This document shows positions 13,172 through 26,420 of a stretch of 64,000 bases of DNA, one piece after another. Both the position numbers and the translations under genes were made by a program. Within the stretch, counting starts at the first letter, position 1. Each line of letters starts with the position of its first letter. Under the pieces are notes generated by a model, which worked only from the letters and a program-made list of their open reading frames with translations, did not search any database and was not told the DNA's origin. The DNA is from Tubiluchus corallicola (lineage: Eukaryota; Animalia; Priapulida), in contig JAQGDQ010000504.1 in the NCBI GenBank assembly GCA_030141605.1, forward strand, positions 96,832 to 160,831. Direction: 5' to 3'.

Positions 13172-16100
13172 TTAATCACTGGTAGACGACTCCTCCTCGC
13201 TCTTTCGGACCGTCTCGGTCAGCTCCTGCTGGCAGTTAGAACAAAAATGAAGTGTTGCAGATCAAAGTGCAAAAGTTAACACAAAGATACAAAATTCTCC
13301 ATCCAACAAGTAAGTAAATAAGTTAAGTATTTGTCTCTACATTTTTACAAAGTGAAAATAAACAAAAGCAAAAAACTAAAATAATGACAGAAAGAGATGG
13401 GTGGCTGTAACTATGACCTGTAACTGATTTACCATTGATTATCTATGACTTAGGTTTCCCTGTATATAGAACCGGTATGGCTTTTGTGCAGTCGTACTGT
13501 CACTTACCGAGAGCCTGGAATTTCGTCGAATTTTTCGGTTGGTTGATGTGATACTTATCACGCCATCTACCCACGTCTTTGAGAAAGAAATGTGGTTAAG
13601 AACGAGCGAGCGATGACGAATTCGCCATCATCGGTGTAGTTTTGGTGTTACTTTACTTCCGGTTTGTTGAATCACCTGGGAGTAAACCTCACGAAACAGC
13701 GTAAGAATCGGATTAAAGGTTCCAAACTAATAAATGGTTTACTATACTATTGATTATTGATTATTATTATTCACTCACTGAACGAGTTGAATTCAGACCG
13801 GTTTGCATATCACAAGTCGTCAAATTTAAGAAATGTGTTAGAATTGGCATTCATCGTCACTCATAGTGGCAAAAAGACCAATGGTCACTAGGTCAGCCAC
13901 CCCTTCCCAAGTTTAAAGTGACCTGTCAAGCGGGTGGACACAAATAAATAATAATCAACAATTTCAGGGCAAAAAAAGAAAATAAAAACAACTTGGCAAT
14001 ACTTGAGGTAAATTCAAATGAGTTTAAAATTAGAAATGGCAAACAGTAAGCAAATATGGCAAATGAGATTAGACGAAATTAAAATTAGTTTGAATAAAAC
14101 AAAAAGTTTGAATTTAAATGAAGAGATTCAATCTGTGTGCAATAGTGGGATCAAACACCCCGGAAAGAGCAGGGATCAAACACCCCGGAAAGAGCAGGGA
14201 TCAAACACACATTAAGATGGTTAAACATTGAAGCAAATTCTTTATCTTTTTGTGTGCCTATGAAGTAAACCCTAAAAAGCCAGACACAGTACTGCACCCT
14301 GAGGCGACTCATCCATTCACTAACCAGCATTAATGTCGCTTACCTTGGTTGCTAATCAAACACCACGGGACCACTTAGTCAATCTCCTCACCTGACAAAC
14401 ACAGACACACAAGGAAGCCATACAATTTAGATCAAAATCAGCCTCTGATTTACCTGAACCTTGTAGCCACTCATCCATTCACTAACCAGCATCAATGTCG
14501 CTTACCGTGGTTGCTAAGCAAACACCACGAGACCACTCAGTCAATCTCCTCACCTAACAAACACAGACACACAAGGAAGCCACACAATTTAGATCAAATC
14601 AGCCTCTGATTTACCTCGAATCTTTTCCGCCAGTCCGAAAAGGCTTCGCTGTTATCCCGATGTTGCCTCAGCAGCTTGTCTAGAGTTCTTTGTAACTCGT
14701 CCATTTGTTTCGCCAACGACAGACACTCCGCGTGCTTGTGATCCAACCTCTCACGCACAATCCTATAAAGAGGGTGACAAGTTTGAAGTAAAAGAAAGAA
14801 AAGTACAACTGCACTCACTCAATAAAAATTGAAACATATTACACTCGTGTCTCGGTTTGCCAGAAAAAAGCGGGGAAGCGTCGATCCGAATTTACCGATA
14901 GTTTGTATTTACCGATACTAAGCTAATACAGTAAGCAGTGTGCATTAGACTAATCGTAATGTAGAATCAATTGCCTAATTGTCTGAAAAACGTCCAGTAC
15001 AGGCCACTCCTATGCAAAAGTATATAAAAATTGTCAACAATTGACTCTATATTTTTGTACATAGGGACACACATGTGGTTACACTGATGTACGCAGTGTA
15101 AACAAAGGGAGGATCCGCCAACTAGCGGTCAGCTCGCGAAATAACGGCCTGTGTTCGTATTATGCTAGACTTTTAACGGATCACATTTTGTCTGAATTTT
15201 CCGATATCCGTAAAAGCGAAGTCCGACAAACCGAGATATGAATGAATATAACAGAATCTCTAGAAATGTACAGCAACATACTCAGAACCAACATGTCTGA
15301 AGCTATTCACCTTTCAATGGCACCAAGAAGAAAAGTTTTGATCTTGCTCGATTCAATACTGAACATTTCTAGTATTACAAAATGAACAGTTCAATATGCA
15401 CATTACAGACACGACGGCAAAAAGAGCAAAATCTCATCCTTGCAACTGCCCAGTTTTGCTAGTAAAAAAACAGGGCTGTGGAGTCGGTACATTAAACTCC
15501 TCACCCTGGCTCCGACTCTGACTCCTAGAATTTTAGGAGCTTGAACTGTTAACTCCAACTCCTGCTTTAAGTAATACTTTCTAGTATTCTCAATATTTAG
15601 CTACAGTGGCATTTCATCACTAGTTCTTATGCTCGAAAAACAGCCTAGCTGCATAGACACCAATACGAAAGCTTCCCAAGATGGGACGTTAAGCATATAT
15701 GTGTTGAAAATTAAAAGAAACTGGCACTTGAGTTTGTCTGTTTCTGACAATAAGTGTACTCCCGAGTCCCGACTCCAACTCCTAAATCCTAAGTTTTAAC
15801 AACTCCGACTCCTTTAGCAGTAAATTTACTGCCGACTCCGACTCCGCAACCCTGGTAAAATACAGTGCAAAACTCGAGTAGTTATAACATGTGTAGAAAA
15901 CTTACTCCAGAAAATTCCAGATAAACCGTGAGGCCCATAACATTAGAGTAACTTAAATCATAGCCAACTCTGTCAGACTTACCTGAAGGGCTACTCTAAA
16001 TTGTGTGCAGTTTCAACTCCTCTTTTTTCATTCTGAACAAAAGAGCATCACAGCAGTAATCAACAAAAATGGTGGATTCTTGAATATGCATATAATGCTA

Positions 16101-19100
16101 ATGCATCATTTGTAATTTGTTAATTAATATTCAACACAGAAATGAAACCACTCACCTGTTGGCTTCCTCTTCTTCAACCAAACACTGCTTTAACTTGAGC
16201 AGTTCTTTCTGCTTCTGGTCAACATGCTCCCTCAGATCGTTGATTATAGCCTCTTTTTGGCGAAGAAGTTGCGTAAATTTGTCCAATTCCTCTGTGCGAT
16301 CAACCACAACCCTTTGAATGTCACCTAGTTCTGCTTCATTAGTTGCTAATGACACTTTTAATTGGTCACGTTCAACTGCTGTTTCCCGAAGCAATATTTC
16401 ACACTTGTCCGCAGTCTGCTCCTTTACGGCTAAATTTTCTTGCAAGTGCCGCAATGCATTTTCTTTGTCGATCAGTTCAGTCTTTGCTTTGTTTAGTTCT
16501 GCACACGTACTTTTGATGAATTCATCAAGAGAAGCAATATCTTCGTTCTTCTCTTTCAAGCGAATCTGATGGTATTCGATGTTTCGGAGAAGCTCCTTTT
16601 CATGTTGCTGGGCGACATGAAGCTCCTCTTCACGTGTAAATAAAAGATCTCTTATGTAAGTAAGTTCTTGTTTGGTTTCCTGCCAAGTTTCTTTGGCTTG
16701 TTCCAATGAATGCACAGATTGTTCTAACGCTTTTATTTGATATGTTTTTTCTGCTAGATTTGTGTGCAGGAATTCAAATTCTTCTTCCTTGAAATCCAAG
16801 TCAGCACATGTATCATGTAATTGTTGGACTTTGTCCTGCAAAATGGCTATCGTGTGTTCTTTCAATGCAATATCTGCTTGCAGACTTTCAAAGGATGTTT
16901 CTTGCTTTTCAATGACACCAAGTACTAAATCTTGCAGCAGTGAAGCCAGTTCGTGTGTTTGCGATAAAGCCATTTGTACTGGAAGATCCTTGTCGTCCAA
17001 ATTATCTGTCCTATCTTCACCAACATTTTGATTATCATCTTCACATGTATCTGAGCTCAGTTTCTTTAAATGTCTCTGCACGTTAGCAAGTAAAACCTTA
17101 AACTCAGAAATACGCGCCTTCAATGCATTCTCTTCAGCAATATGTTGTGCCTTTAAGGCTTCGGTTTCTTCAACTAAACTACTTTTGTCATCACAAACAG
17201 TTTTCAGATCTGCTTCCAAACTAGCATTTTTTCTTAACAGTTCGTTCACTCTATCTTCACAAGATGTTTGCACTTCAGACATGTTAGTGTCATAGTTTAC
17301 TCTAAACTCTTTCAGTGAAGCTGTCAGCTCATCAATTTGTGATGTTAAACACGTCTTCTCCTCTTCCAAATCTGCAATCTTCTGTGACAATTCTATTTTT
17401 TCCTGTGCAATTGCATCTATCCGAGTTTTCACATTAGTTTCCCTCAGACTGTAGTCATCACATATATCTTCTAGTTCTTTCATTTTTTCACGTAGTTCGA
17501 TTATCGCCTCGTCTTTTGACAAAAGAGTCTCTTGCAGACTATTGATAAAGCCTGAACTTTGTGCTTCTTGTTCTGGTATGGAAGTAGTAAGATCAAGAAC
17601 TAAATCCTGCAGGACTGAAGCCAATTTGTACGTTTGAGATAAAATCGTTAGCAGTGGAAGATCCTTGTTATCCAAATTATCTTTGTCATCTTCGACCTCT
17701 TGGTGGTCATCTTTACATGTACCTGGCCTCAATCTTTTTAAATGCTTCTGTACAATAATGAGTAAAAACTGAACCTGAGAAACATGTGCCTTTATAACAC
17801 TGTCATTTACAATACGCTGTGCCTTTAGTGCTTCAGTTTTTTCAGCTAAACTACTTTTGCTGTCATTAACAGCTTTCAGATCTGCTTCCAAACTGGTAAT
17901 TTTTCTTAACAGTTCATTCACTCTATCTTCACAAGAAGCTTGTACTTGAGATATGTTAGTGTCATAGTTTACTTTAACCTCTTTCAGTGAAGCTGTCAGC
18001 TCGTTAATTTGTGATGTTAAGCATGTCCTCTCTTCTTCCAAATCTGCTATCTTCCGTGATAATTCTATTTTTTCCTGTGCAATTGCATCTATCTGAGTTT
18101 TCACATTAGTTTCCCTCAGACTGTAGTCATTACAAATATCTTCTAGTTCTTTCATTTTTTCATGTAGTTCGATTATCTCCTCGTCTTTTGACAAAAGAGT
18201 CTCTTGCAGACTATTGACAAAGCCTGAACTTTGTGCTTTTTGTTCTGGTATGGAAGTAGTAAGATCAAGAACTAAATCCTGCAGTACTGAAGCCGATTCA
18301 AACGTTTGCGCTAAGATCATCTGTAGTGATAGATCCTTGCTATCCAAATCACCTTTCTGGTCTTCAACAACATCTTCATCATCACCTTCACATGTCTCTG
18401 ATCTCAGTTTTCTTAACTGCTTCTGAATATTAGCAAGTGACTTCCTAAAATCAGAAATGCATGCTTTCAAAGAACTGTCCGTTGAATTAAGTTCAGATTT
18501 TAAAGCCTCAGTTTCTTCAACTAATCTAGTTTTGCTCTCACTAACAGCCTTCAGTTCTGCTTCTAAAATGGTAACATTTCTCAGTAATTCATTCACTCTA
18601 TTGCTGTGAGCAGCTTGAACTTCAAACATTTTGTTGTCATAGTTTACCTCAATATCTTTGGCTGAAGCAGTTAGTTCACCAAGCTGCAACATTAAACATG
18701 ATTTCTGTTGTTCCAAACATGCAATCTTCTGTGACAATTCTATTTTTTCCTGTGTAACTGCATCTATCTGACTTTTCATATAAGTTTCCCTCTGATTAGA
18801 GTCAATGCAAATGTCTTCTAGTTCTCTAATTCTTTCATGTAGAGTTGCTATCAGTTGCTCTGTTGACAAAAGATTGTTTTCTAGGTTTTTGTTTTCTAGA
18901 CTTTGGGCATCTTCTTCTTGTTTGGAAACAGTGAGCTCAAGGACCAGATCCTGTAACAGTGAACCCTGTTGATGCACTTGCAATAAAAGTTTTTGTAGAG
19001 AAAGGTCTTGATTACTCAAGTCATCTTTCTGATCTTCATTGATCGCTTGATCATCACTTTCACATGTTTCTGATCTCAGTTTTTTTAATTGCTTCTGCAC

Positions 19101-22100
19101 GTTAGCAAGCAAATTCTTAAACTCAGAAATGTGTTCTTTCAAAGCACAGTTGTCTGCAGTAAGTTGTGCTCTTAAAGCATCGGTTTCCTCAGCTAAACTA
19201 CTTCTGGTGTCACTAACAGCTTTCAGATCTAGTTCAAGGGTAGTGATTTTTCTTAGCAGTTCATTCACTCTGTCATCGTGAGCAGTTTGAATGCCAGACA
19301 TTTTGTTGTCACAGTCTAGCTCAATCTGTTTCACTGAAGATGACAGCTCCTCAACTTGTGATGTTAAACAAGTCTTCTGTTCTTCTAAAATCATAATCTT
19401 TTCTGACAATTCCATTTTTTCCTGTCCAATTGCATTCATTTTAAAATGCGATTCAGTTTTGCTCTGAATGGAGTTGAGATCAGCAGAAGTGTGTTCTAAT
19501 TCTTTAATTCTATCATGTAGAGATGTTATTGTTTGCTCTTTTGACACGAGATTATCTTGTAAACTTTTGCAAAAGTCTAAGCTTTGTGCATCTTGTTTCT
19601 CTTTGGCAACAGTAATCTCAAGAACTAAATCCTGTAACACTGAAGCTTGTTTGTACGTTTGTGATAAAACCATCTGCAACGGAAGATTCTTGTCATCTGA
19701 ATTATCTTTCTCATCTTCAATGTCTTGATCATCACCTTCGCATATATCTGGCCTAAGTTTTTTCAACTGCTCCTGTACAGTAGCGAGTAGAAACGGAACC
19801 CGAGAAACAAGAGCTTTTTGAACATTGTCCTCTGCTTCAGTTCCTACAACTAAACTACTTTCGATCTCATTAACAGGTTTCAGATCTGCTTCCAAATTGG
19901 TAATTTTTGTTAGCAATTCATTGACTCTAACATCATGAGCAGCTTGAACTTCCCCAATCTTGTTCTCATACTTTACCTCAATGTTTTTTATACAGGCTGT
20001 CACTTCATCAAGTTGTGATGTTAAACACATATTTTGTTCTTCCAAATCTGCGATCTTTTTTTGTAACAATTGCAATTCTTGCTGTGCAACAGCATCTACT
20101 TCAATTTGCGATTCAGTTTCCGTCTGAGTGGAGTTGAACTCAACAGGCACGTGTTCTAATTCTTTAATTCTTTCACATAGAGATTTTATTGTTTGCTCTT
20201 TTGACAAGAGATTATCTTGTACACTTTTGCACGTATCTAATCTTTCTGCATCCTGCTTCTGTTTGGAAACAGTATACTCAAGAGTTAAATCCTGTAGCAA
20301 TGAAGCCTGTTGATGCATCAGCAATAAAAGTTTTTGTAGAGAAAGGTCTTTGTTACTCAAGTTATCTTTTTGATCTTCATTGATCTCTTGATCATCACCT
20401 TCACATGTTTCTGATCTTGGGTTTTTTAAATCCTGCTGTATGTTAGCGAGTACACACTTAAGCTCAGAAATACCTGCTGTCAGTACATTGTTTTGTGCAA
20501 TGTTTTGTGCCTTTAACACCTCAGTTTCTTCAGCTAAACTATTTTTGCTGTCACTAACAGCCTTCAAATCTGCTTCTAAGCTGGTAATTTCTCTTAGTAG
20601 TTTATTCACTCTATCTTCATGGACAACTTGCACTTGAGAAATTTTGTTATCATAGTTTACCTCAACTTCTTTCATCGAAGTTGTCAGTTCATCAAGGTGC
20701 AATGTCAAAAGTTTTTTCTGCTCTTCCAAATCTGCAATTTTTTGTAACAATTCCTCTTTCTCCTGTATAAGAGCACTTACACGACTTTCTGTTTGGCAGG
20801 ATGTAAGTTCTACACGAGTTTCATCAAGCTCATTCACTCTTTCTTGTAAACTAGTTATTGTCGCTTCTTCCGGCAGAAAATTGTCTAGCAGAGTTTTGCA
20901 AAAACCTAAACTTGGTGCATTTTGCTGTAATTTGAGAACGGCAAGTTGTAAATTTTTCTTTTCCTCGATGACACCAAGAAACAAGCTCTCCAGCTGGGCA
21001 GTCAGTTCATGCATTTCAGAAGATATTGCTTTGAACGGCACACTACTACCTTCTAAAATTTCCTCTTCATTTTTAGCAGCATGTTGATCTTCTTTGTCAG
21101 AGAAATTAGGACCCTGCTCCTTCAAGTGCTTTGCAATATTAGAGTGCAAACGCTTTAAATGAGAAATATGTTCCTTCACTACATCACCTTCTGCATGGCA
21201 CTGTGTTTTTACAGCATCAACTTTATTCTCTAACTCACTTATAAACGGAACACAATCGCCGCCGCCTGAATAGCTTTCGTCTAGCAACTTTTCCACGGCA
21301 ACATCCATAATAGGTTTAATATGTACTGATGAGTGAAAAGCCTCACAAGACCCACCAATGTGTACTTCCTGTACCGGCTTTTCCATTCCTAAAGTATCTA
21401 CGGTTTGCAGTATGCACTTTTCCTCCTGGAAATGGTTGGACTTTTCAGCTTGACTAGGTGGGTTCTTGTCTTTTAAATTATCTCCTGGAATTACAGGAGA
21501 TTTCCCTGACTTTGACGCACTGCTAACTTCGGTATCATCATCTTCAATTTCGTATTCGAAGTCATACAAGTAAGCAAATGTGTTGTCTGGTTTTCCCTCG
21601 TCATTGACGAATTCACTTAAAGCTAAACTTTTGTCGAATGACTCTTCCTTTGTAACAGCACCATCGACTCCCGTCATCACGAGATTGTGGCTAAAATCAC
21701 CTGAAGTTCCGACGTCTTCTAGGCAACCGTTGCACACACCTGAACTGTTCTTGTATGTAAGAGAAGAAACACTGTCGTGTCGTTTTATATTGCTACCAAA
21801 TACTGCTTGGGACGTTCTACTGTGAGATTTTCTAGCCGCACTGTTTGCAGTGATTATAGAATTAGGAGGTGTTACAAAAATTTCCCTGGAGGTGCAATGT
21901 CTTTCATTATGACAGCCAGAAGGTGTGGCATCCAGTGATGGCGATTTCAGATCGATTTTGACCATTGACGTATGACTATTACAGGCAGAAACGTGCTGTT
22001 TTTTATGGCTTTTATTAGGCACATCTATCTCTATTTTGCTAGAATAGAGACAAGGCAAATTTGCATGGATTGAATCGGAGTCTGTAGTTTTTGGTGTTTG

Positions 22101-24004
22101 TTCAAAACGAGGGTACTCGTCAGTTTCCGACGCCCCGCTCTCCTCCGTTGTGACTGATGACGTTATTCTACAGTCATTATCTCCCGTCATCACAATCCTG
22201 GCTTGCTGCTGTTCGTCGAACAACTCAAACGTGCTCGATATTTGCAGTGTGGAAGGCGTTGTCACCTCCACTGACGTGTTAGTTGCTGACGAACCAAACT
22301 CTGCCTGGCGATCAACTGGCAACCCACAAGCACACGTCAGCACCGGTTCCGTATTGGTAGTGATATCAAAGTGGGATACATTTCTTCTGTTATTACAGGC
22401 CATCTCGTCTCTAAGAAAACCTATTTCTTCGTTAAGCTCCATTATATGCTGTTGCTGTTTTGCATACTTCTCTCTAAAATCTTCTCGTAAGACTGCCACG
22501 AGTTCGGTCTTCTTGTCTATTTCCTTTAATGCTGTCTTGTATCTTCTGTACACGTTGTGGGCGCCGTCGTGGGTATCCATTGCCTTTTCAACAAAAATGA
22601 ATGAATATTTGAATGAATGTGCTAAATTATATGCGAGACAATTAACTGAGTTTCTGGCTAGTGCATCAGAATTAGTAACGTGGCATTTACGCGATTATGA
22701 TCGCAAAACTGTCTCACCAAAACTTAATCTCATAAATCATAGTTATTAATAACTGGAAGGCACTCTGCAGAGACGGAAATGCACACCCTCACATTAAATT
22801 ACTTAGGGCAAAAATTAAATTTCACATTTGTTGACCTTGACCTTTTGAACCAAAAAGCAATAGGTTTCCTGGTTTTGCTCAGACATGTATCTGTGTCAAT
22901 GATTATGATTATGTTGTTTGAACAGGCACACTATTGTCACTAAACATGCTAACCAAGTATCGTCAGCATTGGTAAGGATTAAACAACATAGCTGTCAAAA
23001 CGACTTCAACACAATGGCTTATAGCTCTGCTATGAAAAGTTAAGTGTCAATAGCGTGTTCTTAAAGGGTGGAAGAAGGTTCGTTGAGGAAAAATATCTCC
23101 ACTAGATGTCCCTAGGACCTACCTGATGCAGCCAGTTCCAATTACCAGTGGTGATACCAACAGCAGTGCCAGCACAGGAGCTGACAGTTCATGCAAATAA
23201 AATTACCTTTCATACATTTGCAGCATTTACATCATAAAGTACACTCGTGTCTACACTTGCCAGGCCTCGCTTTTACTCATATCAGAAGACAAAATCTGGA
23301 CTGCTAGAAAGTCCCACACTACGGACAGAGTCCGTTGTTTCATAAGCTGACTGCTAGATGGTGGGCCGTCATTTTGTTTACATCAGGGGTGTGCAAATTA
23401 TCTGACTAGCCGGGCCACATTAAACTTTCTCGCAATTCCTGCGGGCCACAGGCAGTTTGATCAATGAGCCAAGTACAGTAGGACCTGATAACGATTTTTT
23501 CACATCCGACCTGCGTACATCATTACTACTACACTCAAGAAACTATTTTAGAAGTTATTAAAATTTATATTATAAACCATATATTTCTACTTTCAGGACA
23601 GATAGTGGTATATATATATATGTGGATATGCCGTAAACGGCGCTTTAAAATGACACCTTTGTTATAAAGGTTTGGTTTTAAAGCGGTTTTATGGCATATT
23701 CAAATAATAGTAGCTGATTGCAGCAAATAATTAGCATTTCATTAAATTATGTTACAAACCGATGTGTCTTAAGCAGTGAAGTGACCACTTAAAAACTTGA
23801 AAAAGATCACCAAAGTACCTCCTCAATGACGTCCCTCATTTGCATCATTTCCTGCTGCAATTGCTGCTTCTCCCGGGAAACCTTTTCAAGTTTCCTCTCA
23901 AGTCTGGATGTTTGCTGCCTGAAGTCTGGTACCTCTTGGGCTGCTGCTCGTCCTCCGTCTCCCCTATTCCGAACCAGTGTTACCGTGGTCCTCGTACTCG
24001 TCAT
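13172..24004 (-). CDS. Large coiled-coil protein (~2,295 aa); coding exons 24004-23819, 22583-16156, 14762-14615, 13576-13508, 13228-13172
   Basis: 2142-codon ORF in the track. Flanking exons join with canonical sites and compatible phases (0,2,0,0): gag|gtactt, ttgaaaag|GCAATG, aacag|gtgagt, ctttatag|G, ttctcaaag|ACG, tcg|gtaagt, tgccag|CAG. The sequence is E/K/L/Q-rich heptad. The last two small exons are less certain than the rest. Confidence 0.8.
14842..15244. mobile_element. Tigger-like MITE; related pieces at ~5760-5940 and 6180-6219 (inverted) and ~23240-23385
   Basis: ta|CACTCGTGTCTCGGTTTGCC...GACAAACCGAGATATGAATG. The internal segment 14995-15135 is the reverse complement of 5778-5935. 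Confidence 0.72.
15471..15854. mobile_element. hAT-like MITE with GACTCC/GGAGTC subterminal repeats
   Basis: CAGGGCTGTGGAGTCGG...CCGACTCCGCAACCCTG, with TSD-like flanks gtaaaaaaa/gtaaaata. Confidence 0.8.
16156..22583 (-). CDS. 6,428-nt giant internal exon of the coiled-coil gene, with six clear ~220-230-aa tandem repeats plus degenerate ends
   Basis: Uninterrupted ORF. The motif Y(D/E)xxxxxVQxxx(E/D)xRVN(E/K)LL..I..LEADLK.V recurs near 20606, 19920, 19262, 18590, 17915 and 17245 (spacing ~660-690 nt). Confidence 0.92.
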
Positions 24005-26173
24005 ACTTTCTCATTTGATCACTAAATCATACACGTGCTGATTAAAGCGGCAGTCGTAATGCAATGGTCCTGGTTCAAATCCAGACTCAATCGAAATTTT
24101 TACACATTTCCATCAATTTTGGAAATTCAGGTGGGTTGATTTCATCAGATCTGGGTCTTAAAAGACGACAATTCATATACTACCCCATTTTCAAGTCGGA
24201 TGAAAAGTGCACATTTTAACACAATTAATACTGCAAAAGCATTTCTGATAATTAAACAAAAAATTAAAAACTTAATTAACTGAAGGGACACCCAACTATT
24301 GATGGCATCACAAACTAACATAATTTTTTACAGCAAAAATATTCCACGAGCGTGTTGCATGTGTTTGCGAAAGTGAAAATCGAAGTACAGTTTGTACTAA
24401 AAATAGGCAAGTTTTAAGATAAAAATTCAAATTTTAAATTTACCGCTGTGCTCATGCATGAGCTGTGTGTAATTCGTCATAAATAAACACATGTGAACTG
24501 AGAGGTACAGCACCTGTTTTTGTGATGTGTATTTCTGAAATGCAGGCGCTAGTGCTTGTCTAACTAGCAAATGCCGAAATTCATGTAACAGCAGAGAACT
24601 AGTGGCTCGAACATCAAATTGTGTTTGTGTGGTAATAATTGTCTCACGTAAGTCACTTTTGAAAAATTAGTATATTTCCTTTCAATATTTTAAAGAGTAG
24701 ATTGTTTTGACCTACAGTTTAACATTGGGTCCGGTTTTTTGCTTTAAACGGTGGGCCTACCCAATTTATGTGAAAAACAGCTACTGCCATCTGGTGAGTG
24801 AAAACCCTGGTGTAAATGAAAAAAACATGTTGTTGCTCGGTCATAACTCTTTTGGCTGCGTATGCAAATTCCAGCATGAGTTCAAACACGAATCTTTAAA
24901 AAACTGGAAAAAAATCAAATCTGCACTAACTGGCTCAAAATATTATAGGTCCCTGAGTTTGACCAATGCCTTACCATTGTGCAAGAACAAAACAGATAGA
25001 CAGATGGGACGGATATAGTAGCACTGATGCTTCTATGAGATGATATTATACTGACTTTAATACATCAATTGATTTAGCAAATTAAATCTGTTGCAATATT
25101 TAAAAGCATATTTTGCTAAAACATGTGCTAACAATTTTTATATCTTCAATGATAATTGATAAAACTAAAGCACAAAATTAGTTTAAGTTTAAAGTCTAGA
25201 AGCCAGTAGGTGGGTTTTTTGTTAATATGTTAAATAGATAGCGTGAAGGGCTAAATTTATTAATAAAAGAGAGTATATCAATGAAGTTTGACATATTGGC
25301 TCATGTATGCTTGCAGTTCAATTAGTCAAAAACTAAGCATTTTTAGTAAAAATATCTTAGTTTAAGTTAGAAAGTAAAGATAAGGGCTTGATAACATCGG
25401 ATCTTGGTTTATTTTTACTTAAAAATACCAAAAACATGTTACAACTTGTACACTGCAACAAAAAATCACCAAGTTAATGTTAGCAAATATGTTTAAAGTT
25501 GGTATCTCATACATCTAACTAGTATTTCCATGTCACTGAATCACTTCTGTAGCCAGCAGTCTATTAATTGATGTTTGAAAGGTGAACTATCCTAATTTTT
25601 TATCAATATTTAAGCGGTTAGAAAAGCATTTTGGCAGTTTAAAAGACAGATTGTCTTCTTTATGGAATTTCGAAATACATGGTTTTCTTAAAATTGCTGT
25701 TAACTTTGTAATCTTTCAACTAATTTATAAGCCAAATATAGTTTTATGAAGTACAGAACAAGAGCCTTTCATTTGCTATATTATACAAACACCTATGTGA
25801 AAAATTTTTTCGTCCTCATAGATGTCAAATTTGGGGGTGTTCGCAGTGCTTTTATTCAGATTTTATTTTCATCTAAATCATAATGTATGCCTTCTCTGAA
25901 CCATCATTAAATTGTTGGTCTCACAATAACCTAGCGTAGAATTCTCATTCTTCCATCACCATTAATTTTCTGATTGTGTGCACAGCTAAACTGCGTCGTA
26001 CATATATAATCACGTTTCAAAAATTAATTGTAAGAATTCTTGAAACTATTTCGCTTATCGAGTTAGGTCCATTCTTGCTGCTAGAGCACCGTCAGCTAGC
26101 AAGCGAGAATAACAAGCATAATAATTCGTTTCACCATAATTTGCACTACGAACGTATTTTCAAAAACTGATAC

Positions 26174-26420
26174 CTTGCTCTGTTAAACTGCAGTTATAAT
26201 ACTATGTTCAACTTTTTGATTTGAAATCAACTCAACAATGCCGACATTACCACACTACAAATTCCACACGTGCTACGAACAAAAACCATCTAACACGTGG
26301 ACCAATGACCGCGTTCGTATCGTTGACGTTTCACGCATGCGCAGCACGGAGCCTAGCAACCACAACTCCACACAACCAGGACGCAGACTAAGTATTTTTC
26401 CAGTCCGCAACTCCGCGGTC
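26174..26420 (-). promoter_or_regulatory. Probable non-coding first exon and promoter of the coiled-coil gene
   Basis: Minus-strand donor caag|gtatca at 26174/26173. CpG-enriched patch with CCAAT (~26302), an NRF1-like CGCATGCGCA (~26334) and an RFX-type GCCTAGCAAC (26351-26360). Confidence 0.45.

Noticed and set aside
13628-13675. In-frame TGA as selenocysteine or readthrough in a longer version of the 13576 exon
   Set aside because: A stronger acceptor at 13577 gives an in-frame exon without the TGA, and no SECIS was recognised.
24030-24100. tRNA gene (GGTTCAAATCC B-box)
   Set aside because: No cloverleaf or acceptor stem can be built; at most a SINE remnant.
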